Positions 1 through 12,216 of a stretch of DNA of 64,000 bases are shown here, in pieces. The notes under the pieces were generated by a model. That model was not told the DNA's origin. It saw only the letters and a program-made list of their open reading frames with translations, and did no database searches. The number at the start of each line of letters is the position of its first letter. Position 1 is the first letter of the stretch. The stretch is from Escherichia coli. Lineage in GTDB: Bacteria > Pseudomonadota > Gammaproteobacteria > Enterobacterales > Enterobacteriaceae. Made by a program: the position numbers and the translations under genes. The stretch is taken from assembly GCF_050920415.1 (NCBI RefSeq), contig NZ_CP169309.1; one strand, written 5' to 3'.

Positions 1-729
1 TTTTCGCTGGTGGCTGTTAACCTCGATCAAAAGCAACCGGGCTTCCCGGAACACGTTCTGCCCGAGTATCTTGAAAAGCTGGGCATTGAGTACAAGATTG
101 TGGAAGAGAACACTTACGGTATCGTGAAAGAGAAGATTCCGGAGGGCAAAACCACTTGCTCACTGTGTTCTCGTCTTCGTCGCGGAATTCTTTACCGTAC
201 CGCAACGGAACTGGGAGCGACGAAGATCGCGCTGGGTCACCATCGTGACGATATCCTGCAAACGTTGTTCTTAAATATGTTCTACGGCGGCAAGATGAAA
301 GGTATGCCTCCGAAACTGATGAGCGATGATGGCAAACATATTGTGATTCGTCCGCTGGCCTACTGCCGCGAGAAAGATATTCAGCGATTTGCCGATGCAA
401 AAGCGTTCCCGATTATTCCGTGCAACCTGTGCGGTTCACAGCCTAACCTGCAACGTCAGGTGATTGCTGACATGTTGCGTGACTGGGATAAACGTTATCC
501 GGGGCGTATCGAGACGATGTTCAGCGCGATGCAGAATGTGGTGCCGTCGCATCTGTGCGATACCAACCTGTTCGATTTCAAAGGCATTACCCACGGTTCT
601 GAAGTGGTTAACGGGGGTGATCTGGCGTTTGATCGCGAAGAGATCCCTCTACAACCGGCGGGTTGGCAGCCTGAAGAAGATGAAAATCAGTTGGATGAGT
701 TACGACTGAATGTGGTTGAAGTGAAATAA
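1..729 (+). CDS. ttcA: tRNA 2-thiocytidine biosynthesis protein TtcA, 3' portion (5' end outside window)
   Basis: ORF runs in from window start; translation matches TtcA C-terminal region (two CxxC pairs); stop at 727-729. Confidence 0.88.
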   Translation, partial: FSLVAVNLDQKQPGFPEHVLPEYLEKLGIEYKIVEENTYGIVKEKIPEGKTTCSLCSRLRRGILYRTATELGATKIALGHHRDDILQTLFLNMFYGGKMKGMPPKLMSDDGKHIVIRPLAYCREKDIQRFADAKAFPIIPCNLCGSQPNLQRQVIADMLRDWDKRYPGRIETMFSAMQNVVPSHLCDTNLFDFKGITHGSEVVNGGDLAFDREEIPLQPAGWQPEEDENQLDELRLNVVEVK

Positions 730-857
730 CCCGGATAGCGCCCGATGCGCAAGCTTATCGGGCTACTCTTATGGAGGCCGGATAAGACGCGGCCAGCGTC
801 GCATCCGGCAATCCCGAAGAAGATGTTTACTCTTGCACCCTGCGATTCAACATTTCA

Positions 858-2231
858 TTATTTTAATAACCGCACCCGGCACGTTTTTCCTTTAATCTTC
901 CCGCCCTGTAACTGTTTCCATGCTTTATGAGCAACAGCCTGACGCACCGCGACATAGACATGCGCCGGATGCACGGCGATTTTGCCAATATCTGCGCCAT
1001 CAAGCCCGATATCTCCTGTCAGCGCACCTAATACATCACCCGGGCGCATTTTGGCTTTTTTCCCGCCATCGATACACAACGTTGCCATTTCTGCTTCCAG
1101 CGGCACAATGGAACTATTAACTGGCGGCGTTTGCCAGTTAAGTTTTATCTGCAACATGTCAGAAATGATATTGGCCCGCTGTGCTTCTTCCGGGGCACAG
1201 AAACTGATCGCCAGACCGCTATTTCCTGCACGCGCTGTACGACCAATGCGATGTACATGAACTTCAGGGTCCCACGCCAGTTCAAAGTTCACTACCAGCT
1301 CAAGCGATTTAATATCAAGACCACGCGCAGCAACATCCGTCGCGACCAGCACACGAGCGCTACCGTTAGCAAAACGTACCAGGGTCTGATCGCGGTCACG
1401 TTGCTCCAGATCGCCATGTAACGACAATGCACTTTGCCCTATGTCATTCAGCGCGTCGCAGACAGCCTGACAATCTTTTTTGGTATTGCAAAACACCACG
1501 CAAGAGGATGGCTGATGCAAACTTAATAACCGTTGCAACAGCGGAATTTTGCCTTTGCTGGATGTCTCATAAAATTGTTGTTCAATGGGAGGCAGAGCAT
1601 CTGTTGAGTCAATTTCAATCGCCAATGGATCGCGTTGAACTCGTCCGCTGATTGCGGTGATGGCTTCCGGCCAGGTTGCCGAAAACAGAAGCGTCTGTCG
1701 AGATGCTGGCGCAAAACGGATAACATCATCAATGGCATCGCTAAATCCCATATCCAGCATGCGATCGGCTTCATCCATCACCAGCATATTCAACGCATCC
1801 AGTGATACCGTGCCTTTTTGCAGATGGTCCAGCAAACGCCCCGGGGTTGCCACGATAATATGCGGCGCATGTTGCAACGAATCACGCTGCATACCGAACG
1901 GTTGACCACCGCACAAAGTCAAAATTTTGGTATTTGGCAGAAAACGCGCCAGCCGACGCAATTCACCTGCCACCTGATCCGCCAGTTCACGCGTAGGGCA
2001 CAGCACTAAAGCCTGGGTCTGAAATAGCGACGCATCAATTTTCTGTAGCAGCCCGAGGCCAAAAGCCGCCGTTTTGCCGCTGCCGGTTTTCGCCTGCACG
2101 CGAACATCTTTTCCGGCAAGGATCGCCGGAAGCGCGGCGGCCTGCACCGGCGTCATAGTTAAATAACCCAACTCATTAAGGTTCGTGAGTTGGGCGGGAG
2201 GCAAAACATTCAGGGTAGAAAAAGCGGTCAC
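858..2231 (-). CDS. dbpA: ATP-dependent RNA helicase DbpA (DEAD-box)
   Basis: 457 aa; GSGKT Walker A, DEAD box, SAT, HRIGRTAR motifs; apparent GTG start. Confidence 0.92.
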   Translation of the reverse strand: MTAFSTLNVLPPAQLTNLNELGYLTMTPVQAAALPAILAGKDVRVQAKTGSGKTAAFGLGLLQKIDASLFQTQALVLCPTRELADQVAGELRRLARFLPNTKILTLCGGQPFGMQRDSLQHAPHIIVATPGRLLDHLQKGTVSLDALNMLVMDEADRMLDMGFSDAIDDVIRFAPASRQTLLFSATWPEAITAISGRVQRDPLAIEIDSTDALPPIEQQFYETSSKGKIPLLQRLLSLHQPSSCVVFCNTKKDCQAVCDALNDIGQSALSLHGDLEQRDRDQTLVRFANGSARVLVATDVAARGLDIKSLELVVNFELAWDPEVHVHRIGRTARAGNSGLAISFCAPEEAQRANIISDMLQIKLNWQTPPVNSSIVPLEAEMATLCIDGGKKAKMRPGDVLGALTGDIGLDGADIGKIAVHPAHVYVAVRQAVAHKAWKQLQGGKIKGKTCRVRLLK

Positions 2232-2261
2232 AATCTGTTCTCGTGGTCATCGACGCAAAAA

Positions 2262-2435
2262 TTAGCAAGCGCGTATCCTCGCAGATCTACGCTCACGATG
2301 CGACAATTTAATCGGTTCTTCATCGGGTGGTGGGTCAGGCATGGGTTGCGGGCGAGGGATTGGATCGGGCACTGGAACAGGATCGCCAGGAATCGGTTCA
2401 GGGACAGGAATTTGCAAATAAATGAGTGTCGTCAT
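2262..2435 (-). CDS. hypothetical proline-rich small protein (57 aa)
   Basis: ATG at 2435 preceded by GGAGGG RBS; Pro/Asp-rich repeat-like peptide; too short for ORF track. Confidence 0.3.
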   Translation of the reverse strand: MTTLIYLQIPVPEPIPGDPVPVPDPIPRPQPMPDPPPDEEPIKLSHRERRSARIRAC

Positions 2436-2709
2436 ATTTCCCTCCGGTCATTGGGTGGACTCTTAAAGGGTAGACGCTGATATATAACAGGCAAAAAAAA
2501 GCCGACTCATCAAAGTCGGCGTCGTACGAATCAATTGTGCTATGCAGTAATTCAAAAAAGGAAGTAAGACAATATGGAGCGCAACGCCCATCGCTTGACG
2601 TTGCATTCACCTGCAAGAGAGATATTGCCCTGAATGGGTAGAGAGTTTATTGACTTCGCTCAAACTTTGCGGCGTTTTTGTATACAGATAGTAGGGAAAA
2701 TTGCTGTTG

Positions 2710-3714
<1,005 letters not shown>

Positions 3715-3947
3715 TTATTTTGTAGTCTAGCCTTCTGGCCCTGTTACGCAACATCTCATCACCCCATTACCCTGAAATGATTAATAAAATTCTGTCTAAA
3801 TTGAATACAAAAAGCAAAATGCTTTTCCATATACAAACCGTGTGAAGTGTTAAATAGCGTCTATCATTATCAGAATTATCTGATCATATGACGTGGCTTT
3901 TTTGCGATCGGATAGCAACAAAAATTGATAAAAATAACGGGATCTCA

Positions 3948-5180
3948 ATGATTACGCACAACTTCAATACCCTGGACTTACTCACCAGTCCTGTCTGGAT
4001 CGTTTCGCCCTTTGAGGAACAGTTAATTTATGCCAACAGCGCGGCGCGACTGTTGATGCAAGACCTCACGTTTAGTCAGCTACGAACCGGTCCCTATTCC
4101 GTCTCCTCACAAAAAGAACTACCGAAATACCTCTCCGATCTGCAAAACCAACACGATATTATCGAAATCCTCACTGTTCAACGTAAAGAAGAGGAAACAG
4201 CATTAAGCTGTCGGCTTGTTTTGCGAGAGCTGACAGAAGCAGAACCGGTGATTATTTTCGAAGGTATCGAAGCGCCGGCAACGCTGGGTTTAAAAGCCAG
4301 TCGTTCGGCAAATTATCAGCGCAAAAAACAAGGTTTTTATGCGCGCTTTTTTCTGACTAACTCTGCACCAATGTTGTTGATTGACCCCTCACGAGATGGC
4401 CAAATCGTCGATGCTAACCTCGCCGCGCTCAATTTCTATGGTTATAACCATGAAACGATGTGCCAGAAACATACCTGGGAAATTAATATGCTCGGGCGTC
4501 GCGTCATGCCTATCATGCATGAAATCTCGCATTTACCCGGTGGTCATAAGCCTTTGAATTTTGTTCATAAACTGGCGGATGGTTCGACTCGTCATGTGCA
4601 GACCTATGCTGGGCCGATTGAAATTTATGGCGACAAGCTCATGTTATGTATTGTGCATGATATTACTGAGCAAAAACGGCTGGAGGAGCAGCTGGAACAT
4701 GCTGCCCACCATGACGCGATGACCGGATTACTGAATCGGCGACAGTTTTATCACATTACCGAGCCAGGCCAAATGCAGCACCTCGCCATCGCTCAGGATT
4801 ACAGCTTATTGCTCATCGACACCGATCGTTTTAAACACATTAACGATCTCTATGGGCATTCTAAAGGTGATGAGGTGTTATGCGCCCTCGCCCGCACTCT
4901 CGAAAGTTGCGCTCGCAAAGGCGATTTGGTGTTTCGTTGGGGAGGCGAAGAGTTTGTCTTATTGCTACCAAGAACCCCACTGGATACCGCGCTTTCGCTG
5001 GCTGAAACTATCCGCGTAAGCGTGACAAAAGTGAGTATTTCGGGCTTACCACGCTTTACCGTCAGCATTGGTGTGGCGCATCACGAAGGAAATGAAAGCA
5101 TCGATGAACTGTTTAAACGCGTTGATGATGCTTTGTATCGGGCGAAAAATGATGGACGCAACCGCGTGCTGGCGGCATAA
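3948..5180 (+). CDS. dgcM: diguanylate cyclase DgcM (PAS-GGDEF)
   Basis: GGDEF domain with RWGGEEF motif; start chosen at MITHNF (410 aa) rather than upstream ATG of the 430-aa track ORF. Confidence 0.82.
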   Translation: MITHNFNTLDLLTSPVWIVSPFEEQLIYANSAARLLMQDLTFSQLRTGPYSVSSQKELPKYLSDLQNQHDIIEILTVQRKEEETALSCRLVLRELTEAEPVIIFEGIEAPATLGLKASRSANYQRKKQGFYARFFLTNSAPMLLIDPSRDGQIVDANLAALNFYGYNHETMCQKHTWEINMLGRRVMPIMHEISHLPGGHKPLNFVHKLADGSTRHVQTYAGPIEIYGDKLMLCIVHDITEQKRLEEQLEHAAHHDAMTGLLNRRQFYHITEPGQMQHLAIAQDYSLLLIDTDRFKHINDLYGHSKGDEVLCALARTLESCARKGDLVFRWGGEEFVLLLPRTPLDTALSLAETIRVSVTKVSISGLPRFTVSIGVAHHEGNESIDELFKRVDDALYRAKNDGRNRVLAA

Positions 5181-5200
5181 GCCGCGGATGCGTCTCGAGA

Positions 5201-5764
5201 TCAACGACTGCGCTTAGCGTGGCGCTCCCAGTTTTCTTGCTTTGCCTGCGCCGTTTTACGTAGTGCGACGTAACACGCCCCGCTGCCGCCATGATGCGGT
5301 AGCGCGGTACAATATGCCTGGACATCATCAAATTCGGTCAACCAGCGCGCCACATAGCTGCGGACAATATTGGCATGCGATTTATCTTCCCGCCCTTTAC
5401 CATGAATAATCAGCACATTACGCAAACCATCCGCCAGGGCTTGTTGAATGAAACTGAACACCATTTTGCGGCACTCTTCCACCGGCTGGCGCAAAAGATT
5501 CAGGCTCGCCTGTTGCGGATATTTACCACTGCGCAGCTTATCCAGCACCCCATGTTGCAACCCTTCCCGCCGAAACTCCAGCGGCTGGCTTAGCGGAATG
5601 ATGTCGAGAAATCCGGTGGTGAGGAAATTATCAAGTTGCAGCGTGTCGATACGCTGCGGCGCACGTTGGTTACGCGTTGGATGCCAGTGGACATCTGTAG
5701 CACGTTTCAGCGGCTGGACATCTTCCATGGCGTCAAGAAACAGCGATTTGTCGTCAAGGTTCAT
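5201..5764 (-). CDS. smrA: Smr-domain endonuclease SmrA (YdaL)
   Basis: 187 aa; C-terminal Smr domain (LIIHGKG motif). Confidence 0.8.
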   Translation of the reverse strand: MNLDDKSLFLDAMEDVQPLKRATDVHWHPTRNQRAPQRIDTLQLDNFLTTGFLDIIPLSQPLEFRREGLQHGVLDKLRSGKYPQQASLNLLRQPVEECRKMVFSFIQQALADGLRNVLIIHGKGREDKSHANIVRSYVARWLTEFDDVQAYCTALPHHGGSGACYVALRKTAQAKQENWERHAKRSR

Positions 5765-6093
5765 GTTACATCCTCCCGCAATTAAGAGCGCGATATGATA
5801 ACCAGACCGGGTCGGTCCAACAACGTATTACCCAAAATTCCAGTAATAAGTTCCAAATATTGCCGATATTTTAAGCAAAATGCTTATGCATGATTATTCA
5901 TTCACGATATTAATAATGTAACTTATATTTTCGTGAAATCTGTCACTGAAGAAAATTGGCAACTAAAGGTTAAAACCGTTATAACACAGTCACCGGCGCA
6001 GAGGAGACCATGCCGGATTTAAGACGCGGATGCACTGCTGTGTGTACTGTAGAGTCTGGCGGATGTCGACAGACTCTATTTTTTTATGCAGTT

Positions 6094-7002
6094 TTAACTT
6101 TGCAGATAGCCGCATTCTCGCCGAAATTGCGTGATTAATGACGCGGTCAGTGGTGTCTGGCGACTATCACGCCGCTGAATCAAATAATAGGCCGCTTTCG
6201 GTAAAATTTCGATAACCGGCAACATCACCAGCCCCTGTCCGTGCAAGGGATCGCAGCCCATTTCTTCAGGTAGTATGCTGAGAAAATCGCTTTTTGCCAC
6301 CAGACTGATACAGGCTGAAAACGTCTCGCAGACTACGCCGACCTGTGGCGTTTGCGCCTGATCGTCAAGCAATTCACTCAACTGTTTGTAGTAGCTGCCG
6401 TGTGGCGTCGGCATTGTCCAGCTGTAGTCCAGTAACTGTTTGATCGAACGGGCACCAATGGCGGGATGTCCCGGGCGGCAAAAGATCGCGAATTGCTTTT
6501 CCAGTAATTTCTCAAAAGTAAATTCGTGGTCGTAGGGTCCCTGATAATAGGTATTGATGGTGAAATCCAGTTCTCCCTGGCGCAATTCATTAATCATCGA
6601 CACCAGTTGCCCTTCCATAATGCGTACTTTTACCTGCGGATGCTGCTGATGAAAACGAGATATGACAGCTGGCATCAGACTGCGGGAAATACTGGCCCCC
6701 ATGCCGATATTAATTTGCCCTGCCAGTTGCCCTTGTCGTTGGCGAATATCCTCTTGCGCTGCGCGCAGCTCTTCAAGAATAAGACTGGCGTGCTGATAAA
6801 AACTTTCGCCGGCATCAGTTAACGTCACGCCTTTACTACGGCGAAAAAAGAGTTGTGCCGCTAACCCTTCTTCCAGCTCCTGAATAGATTTACTCAGTGC
6901 CGGTTGCGACATATTCAACATTCGGCTCGCTCCGCGAATGCTGCCCTGACGAGCCACTTCAACAAAAGCCCGAATTTGATGAATTTTTACCTGAAAAGCC
7001 AT
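6094..7002 (-). CDS. abgR: LysR-family transcriptional regulator AbgR
   Basis: 302 aa; N-terminal LysR HTH; divergent from abgABT. Confidence 0.85.
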   Translation of the reverse strand: MAFQVKIHQIRAFVEVARQGSIRGASRMLNMSQPALSKSIQELEEGLAAQLFFRRSKGVTLTDAGESFYQHASLILEELRAAQEDIRQRQGQLAGQINIGMGASISRSLMPAVISRFHQQHPQVKVRIMEGQLVSMINELRQGELDFTINTYYQGPYDHEFTFEKLLEKQFAIFCRPGHPAIGARSIKQLLDYSWTMPTPHGSYYKQLSELLDDQAQTPQVGVVCETFSACISLVAKSDFLSILPEEMGCDPLHGQGLVMLPVIEILPKAAYYLIQRRDSRQTPLTASLITQFRRECGYLQS

Positions 7003-7177
7003 GACGCCACCGATAACCGTTATTTATCAGACCAAAGAAACTGGCATCTACTTTAATGCAGATGATTGTGTCAGGGTAATTTATGAACGGTTAAAACTGT
7101 GAAAAATCAGTTAGTGATAAGTAAAAACTATCACTACGTGAACCGGGTCACATTTTTTACTGATGACGGGAAAGGTT

Positions 7178-8488
7178 ATGGAGTCTTTGAATCAATTTGT
7201 TAATTCGCTTGCCCCAAGATTATCGCACTGGCGACGTGATTTTCATCGCTATGCAGAGTCTGGCTGGGTGGAATTCCGCACAGCCACCCTTGTTGCAGAA
7301 GAATTGCACCAGCTCGGCTATTCACTGGCGCTGGGCCGCGAAGTCGTTAATGAAAGTAGTCGGATGGGACTACCTGATGAACTCACTCTACAGCGCGAAT
7401 TCGAGCGCGCTCTTCAACAAGGTGCGTTAGCACAATGGATCGCGGCTTTTGAAGGTGGTTTCACTGGCATCGTCGCCACCCTGGATACCGGTCGCCCCGG
7501 TCCGGTGATGGCTTTCCGTGTCGATATGGACGCGCTGGATCTCAGTGAAGAACGGGATGTCAGCCATCGCCCCTACCGCGACGGTTTTGCGTCATGTAAC
7601 GCCGGAATGATGCATGCCTGTGGTCATGATGGACATACCGCTATTGGGCTTGGGCTGGCGCACACCCTTAAACAGTTCGAGTCCGGACTTCACGGCGTCA
7701 TCAAACTGATTTTTCAGCCTGCAGAGGAAGGTACGCGTGGCGCGCGGGCGATGGTCGATGCAGGTGTAGTGGATGATGTTGATTATTTTACTGCCGTGCA
7801 CATTGGCACTGGCGTACCTGCGGGCACCGTGGTGTGCGGCAGTGATAATTTTATGGCAACAACCAAATTTGACGCGCACTTCACTGGTACCGCCGCTCAC
7901 GCAGGCGCAAAACCACAAGACGGTCACAATGCCTTACTGGCGGCAGCACAAGCAACTCTTGCGCTGCATGGAATCGCCCCGCACAGCGAAGGGGCTTCCA
8001 GAGTAAACGTGGGCGTTATGCAGGCAGGAAGCGGTCGTAATGTGGTTCCTGCCTCGGCGTTGCTGAAAGTTGAAACTCGAGGGGTCAGCGACGTCATCAA
8101 TCAATATGTTTTTGACCGTGCACAACAAGCGATTCAGGGCGCAGCAGCCATGTATGGTGTCGGCGTTGAAACTCGGCTGATGGGTGCAGCTACCGCCAGT
8201 TCTCCTTCGCCGAAATGGGTCGCATGGTTACAAAGCCAGGCGGCTCAGGTCGCGGGGGTCAATCAGGCCATTGAACGTGTTGAAGCGCCTGCGGGTTCCG
8301 AAGATGCCACATTAATGATGGCCCGCGTGCAGCGACATCAAGGGCAAGCCTCCTACATGGTATTTGGCACACAGCTGGCGGCAGGTCATCACAACGAAAA
8401 ATTCGATTTTGACGAGCAGGTTCTCGCTATTACCGTCGAAACGCTGGCGCGCACCGCGCTTAATTTTCCCTGGACGCGAGGTATCTGA
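7178..8488 (+). CDS. abgA: p-aminobenzoyl-glutamate hydrolase subunit A (M20 peptidase family)
   Basis: M20/amidohydrolase-like sequence; start set at MESLNQF within 441-aa track ORF. Confidence 0.85.
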   Translation: MESLNQFVNSLAPRLSHWRRDFHRYAESGWVEFRTATLVAEELHQLGYSLALGREVVNESSRMGLPDELTLQREFERALQQGALAQWIAAFEGGFTGIVATLDTGRPGPVMAFRVDMDALDLSEERDVSHRPYRDGFASCNAGMMHACGHDGHTAIGLGLAHTLKQFESGLHGVIKLIFQPAEEGTRGARAMVDAGVVDDVDYFTAVHIGTGVPAGTVVCGSDNFMATTKFDAHFTGTAAHAGAKPQDGHNALLAAAQATLALHGIAPHSEGASRVNVGVMQAGSGRNVVPASALLKVETRGVSDVINQYVFDRAQQAIQGAAAMYGVGVETRLMGAATASSPSPKWVAWLQSQAAQVAGVNQAIERVEAPAGSEDATLMMARVQRHQGQASYMVFGTQLAAGHHNEKFDFDEQVLAITVETLARTALNFPWTRGI

Positions 8489-9933
8489 TGCAGGAAATCT
8501 ATCGTTTTATCGACGATGCGATTGAAGCCGATCGCCAACGTTATACCGATATTGCTGATCAAATCTGGGATCATCCAGAAACACGTTTTGAAGAGTTCTG
8601 GTCAGCGGAACATCTGGCTTCGGCGCTGGAATCTGCAGGCTTCACCGTTACCCGCAACGTAGGCAATATCCCAAATGCCTTTATTGCTTCGTTTGGTCAA
8701 GGCAAACCGGTTATCGCCCTGCTGGGGGAATATGACGCCCTGGCAGGTTTAAGTCAGCAAGCAGGGTGCGCGCAACCTACATCCGCGACGCCCGGTGAAA
8801 ATGGTCACGGTTGCGGACACAATTTGCTCGGAACCGCCGCCTTTGCCGCAGCAATAGCCGTCAAGAAATGGCTGGAACAATATGGGCAAGGCGGCACGGT
8901 GCGCTTTTATGGTTGTCCTGGCGAAGAAGGCGGCTCGGGTAAAACGTTCATGGTCCGCGAGGGGGTATTTGATGATGTGGATGCGGCACTCACCTGGCAC
9001 CCGGAAGCCTTTGCCGGTATGTTCAATACCCGCACGCTGGCAAACATTCAGGCATCATGGCGCTTTAAAGGGATCGCAGCACATGCTGCAAATTCCCCTC
9101 ATTTGGGACGCAGCGCCCTTGATGCCGTAACGTTGATGACCACTGGCACCAACTTCCTCAACGAACATATTATTGAAAAAGCGCGCGTACACTATGCCAT
9201 CACAGAGAGCGGCGGGATCTCGCCCAACGTGGTCCAGGCGCAGGCAGAAGTGCTTTATCTTATCCGCGCCCCCGAAATGACCGACGTGCAGCATATTTAT
9301 GATCGGGTAGCCAAAATCGCCGAAGGTGCGGCATTGATGACCGAAACCACGGTTGAATGCCGCTTCGACAAAGCCTGTTCCAGTTATCTCCCTAATCGCA
9401 CCTTAGAAAAGGCCATGTACCAGGCTCTGTCCCATTTTGGAACCCCTGAATGGAAATCCGAAGAACTGGCTTTTGCGAAACAAATTCAGGCTACGCTCAC
9501 CCCCAACGATCGGCAAAACAGTCTGAATAATATCGCCGCAACCGGTGGAGAAAACGGCAAGGCTTTTGCACTACGTCATCGTGAAACGGTACTGGCGAAT
9601 GAAGTCGCTCCATATGCCGCCACCGATAACGTGCTTGCGGCATCAACTGATGTCGGCGACGTCAGTTGGAAACTGCCTGTTGCCCAGTGTTTAAGCCCCT
9701 GTTTCGCCGTCGGTACACCGCTACATACGTGGCAACTGGTTAGCCAGGGGCGAACGTCTATTGCTCATAAAGGAATGCTGCTGGCGGCGAAAACTATAGC
9801 AGCAACCACACTTAATCTCTTCATTGATTCAGGGCTATTGCAAGAATGCCAACAAGAGCATCAGCAAGTTACGGACACGCAACCGTATCACTGCCCTATC
9901 CCGAAAAACGTGACACCGTCACCTTTAAAATAA
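8488..9933 (+). CDS. abgB: p-aminobenzoyl-glutamate hydrolase subunit B
   Basis: 481 aa M20 family; start overlaps abgA stop (ATGA). Confidence 0.85.
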   Translation: MQEIYRFIDDAIEADRQRYTDIADQIWDHPETRFEEFWSAEHLASALESAGFTVTRNVGNIPNAFIASFGQGKPVIALLGEYDALAGLSQQAGCAQPTSATPGENGHGCGHNLLGTAAFAAAIAVKKWLEQYGQGGTVRFYGCPGEEGGSGKTFMVREGVFDDVDAALTWHPEAFAGMFNTRTLANIQASWRFKGIAAHAANSPHLGRSALDAVTLMTTGTNFLNEHIIEKARVHYAITESGGISPNVVQAQAEVLYLIRAPEMTDVQHIYDRVAKIAEGAALMTETTVECRFDKACSSYLPNRTLEKAMYQALSHFGTPEWKSEELAFAKQIQATLTPNDRQNSLNNIAATGGENGKAFALRHRETVLANEVAPYAATDNVLAASTDVGDVSWKLPVAQCLSPCFAVGTPLHTWQLVSQGRTSIAHKGMLLAAKTIAATTLNLFIDSGLLQECQQEHQQVTDTQPYHCPIPKNVTPSPLK

Positions 9934-9969
9934 CAACAACAACGCAAACACAACAAACGAGGAATGCCC

Positions 9970-11496
9970 ATGAGTATGTCATCCATACCGTCGTCCTCCC
10001 AATCCGGGAAGCTCTATGGCTGGGTCGAAAGAATTGGTAACAAGGTTCCCCATCCTTTTTTGCTCTTTATCTATTTGATTATCGTACTCATGGTGACGAC
10101 GGCAATTTTGTCGGCCTTTGGCGTCAGTGCGAAAAACCCGACCGATGGTACGCCAGTGGTCGTGAAAAACCTGCTCAGTGTGGAAGGATTACACTGGTTT
10201 TTACCCAATGTGATTAAAAACTTTAGCGGTTTTGCCCCACTAGGCGCGATCCTGGCGCTGGTTTTAGGTGCCGGTCTGGCGGAGCGCGTCGGCTTACTGC
10301 CAGCGTTGATGGTTAAAATGGCATCGCATGTGAATGCTCGCTACGCCAGTTATATGGTGCTGTTTATTGCTTTTTTCAGCCACATTTCTTCCGATGCGGC
10401 GTTAGTGATCATGCCACCGATGGGGGCGCTGATTTTTCTGGCGGTGGGCAGGCATCCAGTTGCAGGTTTACTGGCCGCCATTGCAGGCGTCGGTTGCGGC
10501 TTTACAGCTAATTTACTGATTGTCACAACCGACGTGTTGCTGTCGGGGATCAGCACGGAGGCTGCGGCTGCGTTCAATCCGCAAATGCACGTCAGTGTAA
10601 TTGATAACTGGTATTTTATGGCCAGCTCCGTAGTCGTACTGACGGTTGTTGGCGGCCTGATAACCGACAAAATCATTGAGCCACGGTTAGGTCAATGGCA
10701 GGGAAACAGCGATGAGAAACTGCAGACATTGACCGAAAGTCAGCGTTTTGGTTTACGCATAGCAGGTGTCGTATCGCTACTTTTTATTGCTGCGATTGCG
10801 CTGATGGTGATCCCGGTAAACGGTATATTGCGCGATCCGATCAACCACACCGTGATGCCATCCCCCTTTATTAAAGGTATCGTGCCACTGATCATTCTCT
10901 TTTTCTTTGTGGTTTCGCTGGCTTATGGCATCGCTACCCGCACAATTCGACGTCAGGCGGATTTACCGCATTTAATGATTGAACCGATGAAAGAGATGGC
11001 GGGATTTATCGTGATGGTTTTTCCCCTCGCCCAGTTTGTCGCCATGTTTAACTGGAGCAACATGGGGAAATTCATCGCTGTGGGGTTGACCGATATACTC
11101 GAAAGTTCAGGGCTTAGCGGCATCCCGGCGTTTGTCGGTCTGGCGTTGCTTTCCTCTTTCTTATGCATGTTTATCGCCAGCGGTTCCGCAATCTGGTCGA
11201 TTCTGGCCCCCATTTTCGTACCGATGTTTATGCTACTTGGCTTTCACCCGGCATTTGCGCAAATCCTCTTTCGTATTGCCGACTCATCCGTATTGCCTTT
11301 AGCGCCGGTATCTCCTTTTGTTCCACTGTTTCTTGGATTCCTGCAACGCTACAAACCAGACGCGAAACTGGGTACTTACTATTCGTTAGTTTTGCCCTAT
11401 CCACTTATCTTTTTGGTGGTATGGCTGCTGATGTTGCTGGCGTGGTATCTTGTCGGTCTGCCGATAGGTCCGGGGATTTACCCTCGTTTGTCTTAA
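9970..11496 (+). CDS. abgT: p-aminobenzoyl-glutamate transporter AbgT
   Basis: about 508 aa polytopic membrane protein; operon position after abgB. Confidence 0.85.
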
Positions 11497-11506
11497 GAGA
11501 GAACGG

Positions 11507-12022
11507 ATGCTGAGATTACTTGAAGAAAAAATTGCCACGCCACTAGGTCCACTGTGGGTGATTTGCGATGAGCAATTTCGCCTGCGGGCGGTTGAATGGG
11601 AAGAGTACAGCGAACGCATGGTGCAGTTGCTGGACATCCATTACCGCAAAGAAGGCTATGAACGCATTTCTGCCACCAACCCAGGTGGTTTAAGCGACAA
11701 GCTTCGTGAATATTTTGCCGGTAATCTTAGCATTATTGATACGCTTCCCACTGCCACGGGGGGGACGCCATTTCAGCGCGAAGTCTGGAAAACATTACGC
11801 ACAATCCCCTGCGGGCAGGTAATGCATTACGGCCAACTGGCTGAACAATTGGGCCGCCCCGGCGCGGCGCGTGCCGTAGGTGCGGCAAATGGATCGAATC
11901 CCATCAGCATTGTTGTGCCTTGTCATCGGGTCATTGGCAGAAACGGTACCATGACCGGATATGCAGGCGGAGTTCAGCGAAAAGAGTGGTTATTACGCCA
12001 CGAAGGTTATCTTTTGCTGTAA
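11507..12022 (+). CDS. ogt: methylated-DNA-protein-cysteine methyltransferase Ogt
   Basis: 171 aa; PCHRV active-site motif. Confidence 0.9.
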
Positions 12023-12183
12023 ACATTAAACAATTTGTGCCAGCTTGTTCACACTTTTATGTAAAGATACCCTTAACAACTTAAGGGTTTTCAAATAGAT
12101 AGACATATATTTACATCTAATATCGGAATTCTCTGCTGTTAAGGTTTGCTTAGACTTACTTGCTCCCTAAAAAGATGTTAAAA

Positions 12184-12197
12184 TTGACAAATATCAA
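12184..12197 (+). promoter_or_regulatory. FNR box (TTGAC-N4-ATCAA) in fnr promoter region
   Basis: ttgacaaatatcaa matches FNR consensus TTGAT-N4-ATCAA, about 20 bp upstream of fnr start; fnr is known to be autoregulated. Confidence 0.55.
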
Positions 12198-12216
12198 TTA
12201 CGGCTTGAGCAGACCT

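Noticed and set aside
17-400. Track ORFs antisense to or overlapping confident host genes (for example 17..400, 464..709, 1131..1421, 13423..13900, 16413..16775)
   Set aside because: They lie inside well-supported conserved genes on the other strand or frame, lack RBS, and have no recognisable features.
1-857. Expected a Rac-type prophage integrase next to ttcA as in E. coli K-12
   Set aside because: ttcA 3' end runs directly into the dbpA intergenic region; no phage genes here. The prophage in this window is at a different site (mppA).
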